Shown here: positions 8,709 to 18,266 of the stretch, one piece after another
How positions within the stretch are numbered: position 1 is the first letter of the stretch
Layout: each line of letters starts with the position of its first letter
Origin: an uncultured Planctomycetaceae bacterium
GTDB taxonomy: Bacteria > Planctomycetota > Planctomycetia > Pirellulales > Pirellulaceae
Assembly (NCBI GenBank): GCA_937967665.1
Contig: CALBSZ010000696.1
Span: 194-64,193, forward strand
Length of the DNA: 64,000 nucleotides
Direction: 5' to 3'
Notes under the pieces: generated by a model
The model's input: the letters and a program-made list of their open reading frames with translations, nothing else
Databases searched by the model: none
What the model was told of the DNA's origin: nothing
Position numbers and translations under genes: made by a program

Positions 8709-10274
8709 CTATGGGAAGCGGCGCACCTTGACGTCGTTCTTCTGCGGTGGTCCTTGCGTGCTGCGACCGTTGGTGATGATTTCTTCCAGCAGTGCTTGCA
8801 TCTCCGAGAGGCGTTGGGGTTGCGCAGCGGCAAGGTTTTTGGATTCGCTGAGGTCCGTAGAAAGATCGTAAAGCTGCACCGGTTGGCTTTGGTCGCCGCC
8901 CTTGCCCCAGCCGCCGGAACCGCGAGCCGCGATGTATTTCCAGTTGCCGGCCCGCAAACTCGGCGTGCCGTTGATGGAACAACTGACCGCAGTCTCACGC
9001 ACGGGTCCATCTTCGCCTCTCATCAGTGGAAGAAGACTGAAGCTGTCCTCGCCGGCGTTGTCAGGCAAATCCGATCCCAGAATGTCTGCAATCGTGGCCA
9101 ACAAGTCGGCTTGATGGACGAGCTGGTCGTTAACGCTGCCTGCCTCCACAATGCCGGGCCAGCGGACAATGAAGGGGACGCGATGTCCGCCTTCCCACGC
9201 ATCGGCTTTGTAGCCCCGCAGAGGCCCGCTCGGGTAGTGACCTTTCTTTTCCAGGTCGGCCACACCGATGTACGGCGCGCAGCCGTTGTCGCTCGTAAAA
9301 ATGACGAGTGTGTTCTCTGCTGCTCCGCTTTCTTCCAAGGCCTCGAGCACCTGCCCGATAACCGCGTCCGTTTCCATGACGAAATCGGCGTAGAGGTTAA
9401 GGTCGCTCTTACCCTTCCATGGTTCGTTGACGGACAGAGGCGTATGGGGGGACGTGAACGGCAGGTAGAGCAGGAACGGCTGCGGCGTCTTCGCTTCGCG
9501 TTTGATAAATTCCGCCGCCCGCTCACCCAGGGCGGGCAGGATCGGTTCCAGTGTCCATCCCTCCAGCGCCGGCCCTTGCTGGCTCGCCTGGTTCTTGGCA
9601 AACAGCTTTGGATCGGCGTATTCGGAAGGAATGCCGACGGTACGATCGTTTTCGATGAAACAATAGGGGGGCCAGTTAGGTACGTCCGTGCCGAAGTATT
9701 CATCAAATCCGACCGCGGTCGGCCCACCCGGAATGGGTTGCGAGAACGCCTCACGCCACGCCGCACGATGCTCATCCGTCGCCTGGATGTTTTTCTTTCC
9801 GCGATAGCCGGTCGTCCGAAATAACGCTGCTTTGCCCGCGGGAATCGGCCAGTTCCAGCCAAGATGCCATTTACCAATGCAGGCGGTTTGATATCCATGT
9901 TGTTTCGCCAACGAGCCCAGGGTCATGCGGTCGGGCGTGATCAGCGGCGCTCCCCACAGCCCTACAATTCCGCGCTGCAATCGCGACCGCCAGTGATAGC
10001 GTCCGGTGAGAATCGTGTACCGGGAAGGCGAGCAGACACCCGACGACGAATGCCCGTCGGTGAAGCGCATTCCGTCCGAGGCCAGTTGATCGATGTGCGG
10101 CGTGGGTATCTTACCACGCTGCCTGTTGTAACATTGCACGTCGCCGTAACCGAGGTCATCGGCATACAGCACGACCATGTTCGGCCGTTCCGCGGCGCCG
10201 GCCAGCGTCGCAGCAAGGGCGAGAAGAAGCGGCAGCAGGAACGTGAGTAGTAGAGGTGCAGTTTTCTTCGTCAT
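8709..10274 (-). CDS. Arylsulfatase (formylglycine-dependent sulfatase family)
   Basis: PNMVVLYADDLGYGD followed by SSSGVCSPSRYTILTGRY (CxPxR FGly motif). I prefer the start MTKKTAPLLLTFLLPLLLALA (signal peptide) at 10274 over the ORF-track start at 10325. Confidence 0.9.
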   Translation of the reverse strand: MTKKTAPLLLTFLLPLLLALAATLAGAAERPNMVVLYADDLGYGDVQCYNRQRGKIPTPHIDQLASDGMRFTDGHSSSGVCSPSRYTILTGRYHWRSRLQRGIVGLWGAPLITPDRMTLGSLAKQHGYQTACIGKWHLGWNWPIPAGKAALFRTTGYRGKKNIQATDEHRAAWREAFSQPIPGGPTAVGFDEYFGTDVPNWPPYCFIENDRTVGIPSEYADPKLFAKNQASQQGPALEGWTLEPILPALGERAAEFIKREAKTPQPFLLYLPFTSPHTPLSVNEPWKGKSDLNLYADFVMETDAVIGQVLEALEESGAAENTLVIFTSDNGCAPYIGVADLEKKGHYPSGPLRGYKADAWEGGHRVPFIVRWPGIVEAGSVNDQLVHQADLLATIADILGSDLPDNAGEDSFSLLPLMRGEDGPVRETAVSCSINGTPSLRAGNWKYIAARGSGGWGKGGDQSQPVQLYDLSTDLSESKNLAAAQPQRLSEMQALLEEIITNGRSTQGPPQKNDVKVRRFP

Positions 10275-10324
10275 TTGTTTGGTCCCATTCCGAAATGGAT
10301 GCTCGACTTGGAGAGGGCGAGCCA

Positions 10325-11803
10325 CTAAGCCAGCAGTTCCTCAACGACATGACCATGGACGTCGGTCAGGCGATAGCGACGTCCCTGGTGCCGGTAGGTC
10401 AGACGCTCGTGATCAATGCCCAGCAGGTGCAGCAGGGTCGCCTGGAAGTCGTGAACGTGGACGCCGTCTTCGACCACGTTGTATCCGAATTCGTCGGTAC
10501 GGCCGTGTTGTGTGCCAGGCTTGATGCCACCGCCGGCCATCCAGATGGAGTAACAGCGAGGGTGATGGTCACGGCCGAAGTTGTTGCCGTTCAAGCGGCC
10601 TTGGCAGTAATTGGTGCGGCCGAATTCGCCCGCCCAGACGACCAGCGTGTCTTCGAGCATGCCGCGCTGGGCAAGGTCCTTAATCAGCGCCGCAGACGGT
10701 TGATCCGTTTCCGAGCACTGCTTACGAATACCGGCAGGCAGGCCGCCGTGCTGATCCCATCCCTGGTGGTAAAGCTGAATAAACCGCACGCCTCGTTCCG
10801 CAAGCCGACGGGCCAGCAGGCAGTTAGCCGCAAATGATCCAGGCTTGGCAACGTCCGGCCCGTAGGAATCGAGGGTCTCTCTGGTCTCTGCCGAAACGTC
10901 GAGGACGTCGGGAATCGACGTCTGCATCTGAAAGGCGAGTTCGTACTGAGCAATACGTGATTCGAGCAACGGGTCGGACTGCTCGCCCAACTGAAGCTGG
11001 TGCAAGGCTTCGAGTGCATCGAGCATTCGCCTTCGACTTGACCGATCCAGGCCGTCGGGGTTGTCCAAATACAAAACGGGATCCTTGCCGGATCGGAAGC
11101 GGACACCCTGATGGCGGGCCGGAATGAATCCGCTGCCCCACAACCGCGAAACCAGCGGCTGGCCGCCTTTGCCCTTGGTCACCATGACCACGAACGACGG
11201 GAGATCTTCATTGGCGCTGCCCAGTCCGTAGCTCAGCCAAGCCCCAATGCTCGGACGTCCGGGAAACTGGGAACCGGTTTGGATGAACGTCACGCCGGGG
11301 CCGTGGTTGATCGCTTCGGTATACATCGAATTCACAATGCAAAGGTGATCGGCAACTCCGGCCGTATGCGGCAGCAGTTCGCTGAACCACTGCCCGGAAT
11401 CGCCGTGCTGCCTGAATTTGAAGGGCGAACCAACGAGCGGAAGGCTCGACTGGTTGCCGCTCATGCCGGTTAGCCGCTGGCCTTTGCGCACCGAGTCCGG
11501 CAGCTGCTGTCCGTGGAGCTCGTTCAAGTGCGGCTTGTAATCCAACAAGTCGATCTGCGATGGACCACCGCTCTGGAAGAGGAAGATGACGCGTTTGGCC
11601 TTTGGCAGATGGTGGTAGTCCGCAAGGATGCCGCCGGTTGGTGGTAACGGGTTATTCCCCCTGGATTCGGAACTCAGCAGATCCACCAGTCCCAAGGCTC
11701 CCAGTCCCATCCCGAACTGTCCCAGAAATCCGCGCCGAGACATCCCCAGAGGGGATGCATATCCCGTGCATCGCGTGTCTGTCGGCTGGTGATTCATGTG
11801 CAT
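10325..11803 (-). CDS. DUF1501 domain protein (sulfatase-fold, Tat signal)
   Basis: Twin-arginine signal MSRRGFLGQFGMGLGALG, typical DUF1501 length, and a position directly downstream of a PSD1 gene. ATG at 11803-11801 overlaps the PSD1 stop (TAATG); 11797 and 11821 are alternative starts. Confidence 0.85.
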   Translation of the reverse strand: MHMNHQPTDTRCTGYASPLGMSRRGFLGQFGMGLGALGLVDLLSSESRGNNPLPPTGGILADYHHLPKAKRVIFLFQSGGPSQIDLLDYKPHLNELHGQQLPDSVRKGQRLTGMSGNQSSLPLVGSPFKFRQHGDSGQWFSELLPHTAGVADHLCIVNSMYTEAINHGPGVTFIQTGSQFPGRPSIGAWLSYGLGSANEDLPSFVVMVTKGKGGQPLVSRLWGSGFIPARHQGVRFRSGKDPVLYLDNPDGLDRSSRRRMLDALEALHQLQLGEQSDPLLESRIAQYELAFQMQTSIPDVLDVSAETRETLDSYGPDVAKPGSFAANCLLARRLAERGVRFIQLYHQGWDQHGGLPAGIRKQCSETDQPSAALIKDLAQRGMLEDTLVVWAGEFGRTNYCQGRLNGNNFGRDHHPRCYSIWMAGGGIKPGTQHGRTDEFGYNVVEDGVHVHDFQATLLHLLGIDHERLTYRHQGRRYRLTDVHGHVVEELLA

Positions 11804-14800
11804 TATCTCTTTGTAACGCATTCGTCGTGATTGATCAGGGTATTGGCAACACTCGACCAGGCCGCGAGCGTGGCGAGATCGGCATCGGACATTCGCTGTG
11901 TGTCGAAACCCGTTCCGCCGACCGCTGAGTCACCGGTGGAACGTCGATAACTGCCATACTCGCCGTTGCTCAGGTACTTGGCTGCCGCTTCAGGAGCGTC
12001 GAGGAAGTGCTCGCGCTGCGCGTGAAAGAGTTCCGTGAGAATCGATCGCTCGACGTCGCTTGGGGTGCGGCTTGTCAGAGTTCGAAACATGTCGATGGCG
12101 ATGCCGTCCGTCTGGTCCTTCCCGTGCCTGTGAATCAGCCGCTGACTGAGTGCGCGTGACGCCTCGACGAATTGCGGGCCGTTGAGCATGGCCAGTGCCT
12201 GCAGCGGCGACGAGGTGTGTTCGCGTTTGACTCGGCAGACGTCGCGTTTGGCGGCATCCAGGGCCAGCATCACCGGAGCGGGTCCCGTGCGTTTCCAGTA
12301 GGTGTACAACGACCGCCGATAGAGGCCCTCGCCTTTGTCCGGCTTCGATGCTTTGAAGGAAGCGGCCAGTTCGTAGGGTCTGACCGGCGGGCCGCCGATC
12401 TTGTCCACCAGCAGGCCGCTGACCGCCAGCACATTGTCTCGCAGCATTTCCGCTGGGAGCCGATAAGCCGGGGCGCGAGCCAGCAATTCGTTGGCGGGGT
12501 CGCGCTGCAGCAGTTGCTGCGAAGCCGAAGTGGATTGCCGGTATGCCCGCGACATCACCATCTGTTTCAACAGACGTTGAACGTCCCAGCCATGGGCGAC
12601 GAAATCGTTAGCCAGCCAGTCGAGGAGCTCTGGATGCGTTGGCGGCGCTCCCTGACGACCAAAGTCTTCTGGCGTACGAACGAGACCCTGGCCAAAGATT
12701 AGCTGCCAGAAGTGATTGACGGCGACCCGCGCTGTCAATGGATGCTCGGGCGATGTCAGCCAGCGCGCCAGACCAAGGCGGTTCTTCGGGAGCGACTCGT
12801 CCATCGCCGGGAACACGGCTGGTGTCTCCGCGGACACCTCTTCGAGCCGCTCGCTGTAAAGACCTCGCCGCAAAATGTACGCCGGCTTGGGTTCCGGCAA
12901 CTCGCGCATGACCATGATCTCGGTCAGTCCATCGAGCGATCGACAAAGCTGCTCGCGTGCGGCCCGCAGTCGGGCTCGATGCGCGTCGTGTTCCGTGGAG
13001 TCATTGAGCCGCAGGTGTTCCACCAGCACTTGCTGCTGGTGTGGGGGCAAGCCACCCGCGGCGATCGCATCCTGAAAACTCTTGCGAGTCGTCTCGTCGT
13101 CATGCAGAACGCCAACTTCCAATTCAGACAGCTGCCGATCGTAAACGCGGAACGACGACACCTGACCGCCCGTCAAGCCGCGGTCACGAAAACGTTGGCC
13201 GATGGCAATGTGATTGCCGCCGCCTCCCGTAATGTTCTTCGTGAGACGGTTTTTAATGACGTCCACGGCGGCTCGTTTGCCGTCAACAAAGATCGACAAT
13301 CCGTTGGCGTCGACGCTGCCGTCGTAAACCACGGCGATGTCCGTCCAGCGATTGACGGGAAGCGGTTCGCGAGTCTTCACACTGATCGCGTTGCCGGGCC
13401 AGAAATGCACCAGCGACGCACTCAGCTTGCCGTCTTCGATCAGCAGTTGATAACCGCGACTTCCCGCGTCGGTCCAGGCGCGCGACCGATGGAACACGAC
13501 CGCGCGCTCCTTCACGTCCGGAACGTGGATCGAGAGCGACACCGAGAACGGCTGATAGCGGGTAAAGTTTCCGGTCTTCAGTCCGACGGCGTCGTCTCCG
13601 GTCAATCGGACCGCAGGATTGCCGCGTGCGTCGGTAGTCTTCGTGTTGCGGCCAGCGACTTGGGAAAAGTCAACGACTTCGATGGGCGGCTTTCCGCGAA
13701 CTTCCAGCGCCTGCTCCACTGCCTCTGCGTCGCCCGGATCGAATGAAGTCTCAGGGGCCTGCCTGGGGAGCGCAGCTACCTTGGCCTGGAGCTCGGCCCG
13801 CGACTGGTGCGGAGCGTTGCGTGTCAACGCCAGGGTCGGAGTTGGCACGGACCTGGTGAAGTAAGAGTAGAGGCCCGATTCGTCGATGTTGTTGAAGAAC
13901 GCAAAAAGCTGGTAGTACTCCTGCTGAGAAATGGGATCGTACTTGTGGTCGTGACAGCGGGCGCATTCCATGGTCAGTCCCAGGAATGCGGTGGCAAACG
14001 TCTGCGTCCGATCGGCGACATACTCGACGCGGAACTCCTCTTCCGTACTGCCGCCTTCAACTTTCTGCGGATGCAGCCGATTGAACGTCGTGGCCAGAAT
14101 CTGGTCGTCCGTGGCGCCCGGAAGCAGGTCGCCGGCCAGTTGTTCGATCACAAACTGGTCGTACGGCATGTTGGCGTTGAAGGCTCGGATCACCCAGTCG
14201 CGCCAAGGCCAGACATAGCGGTCACGATCGACCTGATAACCATAGGTATCGCTGTAGCGGGCGATGTCCAGCCAGTCCGATGCCATTCGCTGGCCGTAGT
14301 GGTCTGATTCGAGGAGGCGATCAACGACGTTCTCGAAGGCCTGCGGCGAGTCGTCGGCCAGGAAGGCGTCGATCTCACCGAGCGTGGGCGGCATGCCGGT
14401 CATATCGAACGTGCCTCGCCGTATTAGTTTCTCCTTCGCGGCGAGCGGCGCGAAACTTAATTCTTCTTTTTCGCGACGGGACAGCAGAAACCGGTCGATG
14501 GCACCGGCGACGAGGTCCATTGAGCGAACTTCGGGGAGAGCCGGTTGGGAGCGAGGCGCGAAGGCCCAATGCTGCTTCCACTCGGCTCCCTGCGTGATCC
14601 ACGCGGCGATCAACTGCCGTTCGCGCTGGGACAGCGAAAGCTTCGAAGCGGGCGGCGGCATGACCTCGTCGGCGTCTTCCGACAGGATGCGCCGCAGCAG
14701 CTCGCTGTCAGCGGGATTTCCGGGCGACAGCACGCCCAACGCCTCCTCGCGTACATCGAGCCGCAGATCCGCCTGGCGCGTGGCCGCGTCCGGACCATGG

Positions 14801-14940
14801 CAAACGTAGCAGCGGTCCGAAAGAATCGGCCGGATCTCCCGGTCGAAATCAACTTCGTCCATGGCTGATTGAGCCGGCGCGGCGGAAGGAATTCCGGCCA
14901 GTACCAGGCCAATCAAAAGCAAAACAAAGCGGGCAAACAT
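11803..14940 (-). CDS. PSD1-type protein: planctomycete cytochrome c domain + DUF1549 + LamG + DUF1553
   Basis: Signal MFARFVLLLIGLVLAGIPSAAPA, then FDREIRPILSDRCYVCHGPD (CxxCH), a LamG-like middle region, and a C-terminus typical of DUF1553. I use the start at 14940 rather than 15015. Confidence 0.85.
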   Translation of the reverse strand: MFARFVLLLIGLVLAGIPSAAPAQSAMDEVDFDREIRPILSDRCYVCHGPDAATRQADLRLDVREEALGVLSPGNPADSELLRRILSEDADEVMPPPASKLSLSQRERQLIAAWITQGAEWKQHWAFAPRSQPALPEVRSMDLVAGAIDRFLLSRREKEELSFAPLAAKEKLIRRGTFDMTGMPPTLGEIDAFLADDSPQAFENVVDRLLESDHYGQRMASDWLDIARYSDTYGYQVDRDRYVWPWRDWVIRAFNANMPYDQFVIEQLAGDLLPGATDDQILATTFNRLHPQKVEGGSTEEEFRVEYVADRTQTFATAFLGLTMECARCHDHKYDPISQQEYYQLFAFFNNIDESGLYSYFTRSVPTPTLALTRNAPHQSRAELQAKVAALPRQAPETSFDPGDAEAVEQALEVRGKPPIEVVDFSQVAGRNTKTTDARGNPAVRLTGDDAVGLKTGNFTRYQPFSVSLSIHVPDVKERAVVFHRSRAWTDAGSRGYQLLIEDGKLSASLVHFWPGNAISVKTREPLPVNRWTDIAVVYDGSVDANGLSIFVDGKRAAVDVIKNRLTKNITGGGGNHIAIGQRFRDRGLTGGQVSSFRVYDRQLSELEVGVLHDDETTRKSFQDAIAAGGLPPHQQQVLVEHLRLNDSTEHDAHRARLRAAREQLCRSLDGLTEIMVMRELPEPKPAYILRRGLYSERLEEVSAETPAVFPAMDESLPKNRLGLARWLTSPEHPLTARVAVNHFWQLIFGQGLVRTPEDFGRQGAPPTHPELLDWLANDFVAHGWDVQRLLKQMVMSRAYRQSTSASQQLLQRDPANELLARAPAYRLPAEMLRDNVLAVSGLLVDKIGGPPVRPYELAASFKASKPDKGEGLYRRSLYTYWKRTGPAPVMLALDAAKRDVCRVKREHTSSPLQALAMLNGPQFVEASRALSQRLIHRHGKDQTDGIAIDMFRTLTSRTPSDVERSILTELFHAQREHFLDAPEAAAKYLSNGEYGSYRRSTGDSAVGGTGFDTQRMSDADLATLAAWSSVANTLINHDECVTKR

Positions 14941-15102
14941 AGGACTCGTGATCCTGGCTTCGACTTCGAGCGACACACGCTCATCAATTCTGATTGGAAT
15001 TCCCGACTCCGGCAAGAAGGAAAGGCACCGCGGGGTTCATTGCACAGACGAATCGCGACGCAAGCAATCAACAAGTCGATGCAGGCATGTGGCATCTTCT
15101 CG

Positions 15103-15155
15103 GCAGCACACGAATTCTCCGCAGCACACGAGTTCTCCGCAGCACACGAGGATTC
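15103..15155. repeat. Imperfect 3 x 18-bp tandem repeat (GCAGCACACGA(A/G)TTCTCC)
   Basis: Copies at 15103-15120, 15121-15138 (1 mismatch) and 15139-15155 (diverged end). It is intergenic, upstream of the leftward PSD1 operon. Confidence 0.9.
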
Positions 15156-15322
15156 AGGCTCTCCACTTCCTGTCTCGGATCACTTCCAGTCTCGGATCTC
15201 TCTGTTTTCGATCTTCTTGCCGCGTTCACGATAACACAAATTCCCGTGCAGTGTCAGGACGACGTCTTCCGGCGTCTTGCGGGCACCAAACGAGAACCGA
15301 CCCTGTTTTTTTCAGGAACCGA

Positions 15323-15868
15323 TCACTTGGGGTGACACATGCCGACGGCGGCGCAGGTGGAGCAGCCGCCGGTGCCGCAGCCGCTCGCCGCCGCGTCGGT
15401 TCCGCAGTCGGGGCCGCAGCCTGTCACCAGGGTTTCCGCGAAGGTGCCGATCTTCGCTTCCGACTCGTACACCGCGGCCAGATCGGCGGTCAGATTCTCG
15501 AGGAGCGGCGTGCTGCCTCCGAGGAAGTAGAAGTAGAGCGACTTGCCATCAAAGGTCGCTTCCACATCCATCAGCGTCGCCGAGACCTTCCGTTCGGCCA
15601 GCAGGCGGCAACAGGCCAGGAACGCCGAATCCTTGTGCTTTTCGATGCGGCTGAGCAACAATTCGTCTTCCACGGTCATGCGGCGCAACAACTCGCCGTC
15701 GGGCGTTCCCGTGCCGCGCGCGGAGTCGTCCAGCACCCTGCCCACCTCGAGCCCGCGCGCAGTACGGCAGATCACGCGGGTTTCGCGCGGATAACGTACG
15801 GCATCGACCGCGCTAAAGCGGCCGATGTTTCCAAATGCTCCAACCTGGACAAGATGTTCGAGGGGCAC
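15323..15868 (-). CDS. PSP1 (YaaT-like) domain protein with Cys-rich C-terminal tail
   Basis: The block MTVEDELLLSRIEKHKDSAFLACCRLLAERKVSATLMDVEATFDGKSLYFYFLGG matches the PSP1 C-terminal pattern (R.AT.ED...........A.......I.......MKLVDVEYTFDGSKL.FYF.A). The tail is GCGPDCGTDAAASGCGTGGCSTCAAVGMC. Confidence 0.7.
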   Translation of the reverse strand: MPLEHLVQVGAFGNIGRFSAVDAVRYPRETRVICRTARGLEVGRVLDDSARGTGTPDGELLRRMTVEDELLLSRIEKHKDSAFLACCRLLAERKVSATLMDVEATFDGKSLYFYFLGGSTPLLENLTADLAAVYESEAKIGTFAETLVTGCGPDCGTDAAASGCGTGGCSTCAAVGMCHPK

Positions 15869-16012
15869 AGCGGCCTTTCCCGGAAAAACGAACGGGACGA
15901 TCGGGGCGGAACGTGGCTGGAAGAACCACCGCCTTACATGGTATCATTCTGCCGGACTGGGCACGGTTCGCCAAGGTGCCCGCAACCGACAAATGACGAT
16001 TGAGAGACGACC

Positions 16013-17032
16013 ATGCACAGCACGCTTTCGGAACACGGCACTCGTAACTGGCAGGATCTGGCCGAGCAAATCCTGGCGGGGGAGCAACTCAACAAGGACG
16101 ACGCGTTGGCCATCCTGCGGGCGCCCGATACGGAACTGCTGGAGATCCTGTCGGCGGCCTACCGCATTCGCCATCGGCATTTTGGTAATACCGTACAACT
16201 CTATTTTCTGATGAACGCCAAAAGCGGCCTCTGCCCGGAGGATTGCGGATACTGTTCACAGTCCAAGGTCGCCACTTCCGATATCCCCAAATACAACATT
16301 CTGAGCCGCGAAAAGCTGATGGACGGCGCCCGGGTGGCGCACGAACGCAAGTCCAAGACCTACTGCATCGTCATTTCCGCGCGGGGGCCCAACGAACGCG
16401 AAATAGCGGCGGTGGAATCGATCGTGCCCCAAATCAAGGAACAGTACGACCTGAAGATCTGCGCCTGCCTGGGGCTGCTCACGCAAGACCAGGCGGACCG
16501 GCTCAAGGCCTGCGGTGTCGACCGCGTCAACCATAACCTCAATACCAGCGAGGAATTCTACGACGAGATCTGTTCGACGCACTCGTACGCGGACCGGGTC
16601 GACACGTTACGGGCCGTGCGAACCGCCGGCATGGAACTTTGCAGCGGCGGCATCATCGGGATGGGGGAAGAGGACATGGACGTGGTGAAGATGGCGTTCG
16701 AACTTCGCGATCTGGGCGTCGAGTCAATTCCGGTCAACTTCCTCAACCCAATCGACGGCACACCGCTGGCCGGCAGCAACCGGCTGAATCCTCGCTATTG
16801 CTTGAAAACACTCTGCATGTTCCGCTTTGCCAACCCCGATCGCGAAATCCGCATCGCGGGCGGACGCGAAATCCATCTCGGCAACCTGCAGGCAATGGGC
16901 CTGTACGCCGCCAATTCGGTATTTGTGGGTGACTACTTGACCACGAAGGGACAGGTTCCCGAGGCGGACTACAAGATGATCGAAGAGATGGGATTCGAAA
17001 TCACGCGCACGGACGAAGTCCAGTCCGCCTGA
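16013..17032 (+). CDS. bioB: Biotin synthase (radical SAM)
   Basis: 339 aa. Contains CPEDCGYCSQS (CxxxCxxC radical-SAM cluster), later CACLGLL and GGIIGMGE blocks, and a typical length. Confidence 0.92.
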   Translation: MHSTLSEHGTRNWQDLAEQILAGEQLNKDDALAILRAPDTELLEILSAAYRIRHRHFGNTVQLYFLMNAKSGLCPEDCGYCSQSKVATSDIPKYNILSREKLMDGARVAHERKSKTYCIVISARGPNEREIAAVESIVPQIKEQYDLKICACLGLLTQDQADRLKACGVDRVNHNLNTSEEFYDEICSTHSYADRVDTLRAVRTAGMELCSGGIIGMGEEDMDVVKMAFELRDLGVESIPVNFLNPIDGTPLAGSNRLNPRYCLKTLCMFRFANPDREIRIAGGREIHLGNLQAMGLYAANSVFVGDYLTTKGQVPEADYKMIEEMGFEITRTDEVQSA

Positions 17033-17062
17033 TGGAACAGTGCCACGCGTGATCTGGGGCAA

Positions 17063-17093
17063 TACGGTAGTACGGTATTACGGTAGTACCGTG
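17063..17093. repeat. Octamer-phased TACGGTA x3 followed by inverted TACCGTG
   Basis: TACGGTA at 17063-69, 17071-77 and 17079-85; TACCGTG at 17087-93. The last two form ACGGTA-G-TACCGT. It lies 31 nt after the bioB stop. Confidence 0.9.
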
Positions 17094-17108
17094 TCGCGGG
17101 TCTGAGTA

Positions 17109-17162
17109 CCTGTTTAACCCCAAGCCGCAGGCGCCGGCGCCTGCGGCTTGGGGTCAAACAGG
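17109..17162. repeat. 54-bp near-perfect palindrome (36-bp perfect core CCCCAAGCCGCAGGCGCC|GGCGCCTGCGGCTTGGGG); REP-like element or T-tract-less terminator
   Basis: Paired base by base. The core 17118-17153 is perfect; the outer 9 bp have one mismatch. It lies between bioB and the oxidoreductase gene, both on the + strand. Confidence 0.9.
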
Positions 17163-17236
17163 GAACTGGCCCTAGCTAGCAAGACCGGATTTCGAAACAA
17201 GGCTGAGTAAGACCAAATAACCGCGAAGGACGAACC

Positions 17237-18229
17237 ATGAAAGCTGCGTACATCGAACAGACAGGACCGCCCGATTGCATTCGCTACGGGGATTTGCCCA
17301 CGCCGGAACCGACGGGCTCGCAAGTCCTGGTAAAGGTCGGCGCCGTCTCGGTCAATCCCATCGACACGTATATTCGCAACGGCGCCAACTATTGGGAATT
17401 GCCCAATCCTTTTGTAATCGGTTGCGATGTTGCCGGCACGGTGACCGCCGTCGGCCCGGACGCAAAACGCTTTCAGGTCGGCGATCGGGTCTGGGGTTCC
17501 AACCAGGGGCTGCTGGGGAGGCAAGGGACGTTTGCCGAGTTCGCTGCGATTGACGAACAGTGGCTGTACCCGACGCCTGACGGTGTGGACGACGAAGCCG
17601 TCGCCGCCTGCGCCTTGGTCGGCATTACGGCTCATCTGGGCCTGTTCCACGCGGGACGCTTACAGGCGGGCGAAACGATTTTTGTCCACGGCGGCACCGG
17701 TGGCGTCGGCGCGATGGTCCTGCAAATGGCCAAGATCGCGGGTGCGCGCGTGCTGGCCACGGGGGGCAGCGACGACAAGTGCGCGCGCTGCCAGAGCCTG
17801 GGCGCGGACGCGGCCGTCAATTACAAGACGCAGGATGTGGCGGCCGCGGTGGAGGCGTTCGCGGCTGACGGAGTCAACGTGTTCTGGGAGACGCTCCGCG
17901 AACCCGATTTCGATACGATCGTCAGCTACCTGGCAGAGCGGGGGCGGATCGTCTTGATGGCCGGTCGCGACGCGCGGCCTCCGTTTCCGGTAGGTCCCTT
18001 TTATGTCAAAGGCTGCACGCTGGTCGGTTTCGTGATGTTCAAGGCCACGCCCGACGAACAGCGAGCCTGCGCGGCGGATATCAACCAGTGGCTGGCGTCG
18101 GGAAAACTGCAGCCGCAGATCAGCGAAGTCATGCCGCTATCGGACGCCGCCAAGGCGCATCAGCTTCAAGAAGCCAACACGCTTGGCAAAGCCGGCAGCC
18201 TGGCCGGCAAAATCGTGCTCAAGCCATAG
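17237..18229 (+). CDS. Zinc-type alcohol dehydrogenase-like NADPH:quinone oxidoreductase
   Basis: 330 aa. The N-terminus MKAAYIEQTGPPDCIRYGDLPTPEP..VLVKVGAVSVNPIDTY and the Rossmann block VHGGTGGVGAMVLQMAK are typical of the MDR/Qor family. Confidence 0.85.
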   Translation: MKAAYIEQTGPPDCIRYGDLPTPEPTGSQVLVKVGAVSVNPIDTYIRNGANYWELPNPFVIGCDVAGTVTAVGPDAKRFQVGDRVWGSNQGLLGRQGTFAEFAAIDEQWLYPTPDGVDDEAVAACALVGITAHLGLFHAGRLQAGETIFVHGGTGGVGAMVLQMAKIAGARVLATGGSDDKCARCQSLGADAAVNYKTQDVAAAVEAFAADGVNVFWETLREPDFDTIVSYLAERGRIVLMAGRDARPPFPVGPFYVKGCTLVGFVMFKATPDEQRACAADINQWLASGKLQPQISEVMPLSDAAKAHQLQEANTLGKAGSLAGKIVLKP

Positions 18230-18266
18230 TTCATCTCGGCGCCGCTGCCCTTGGTTTGCCGAGCGA

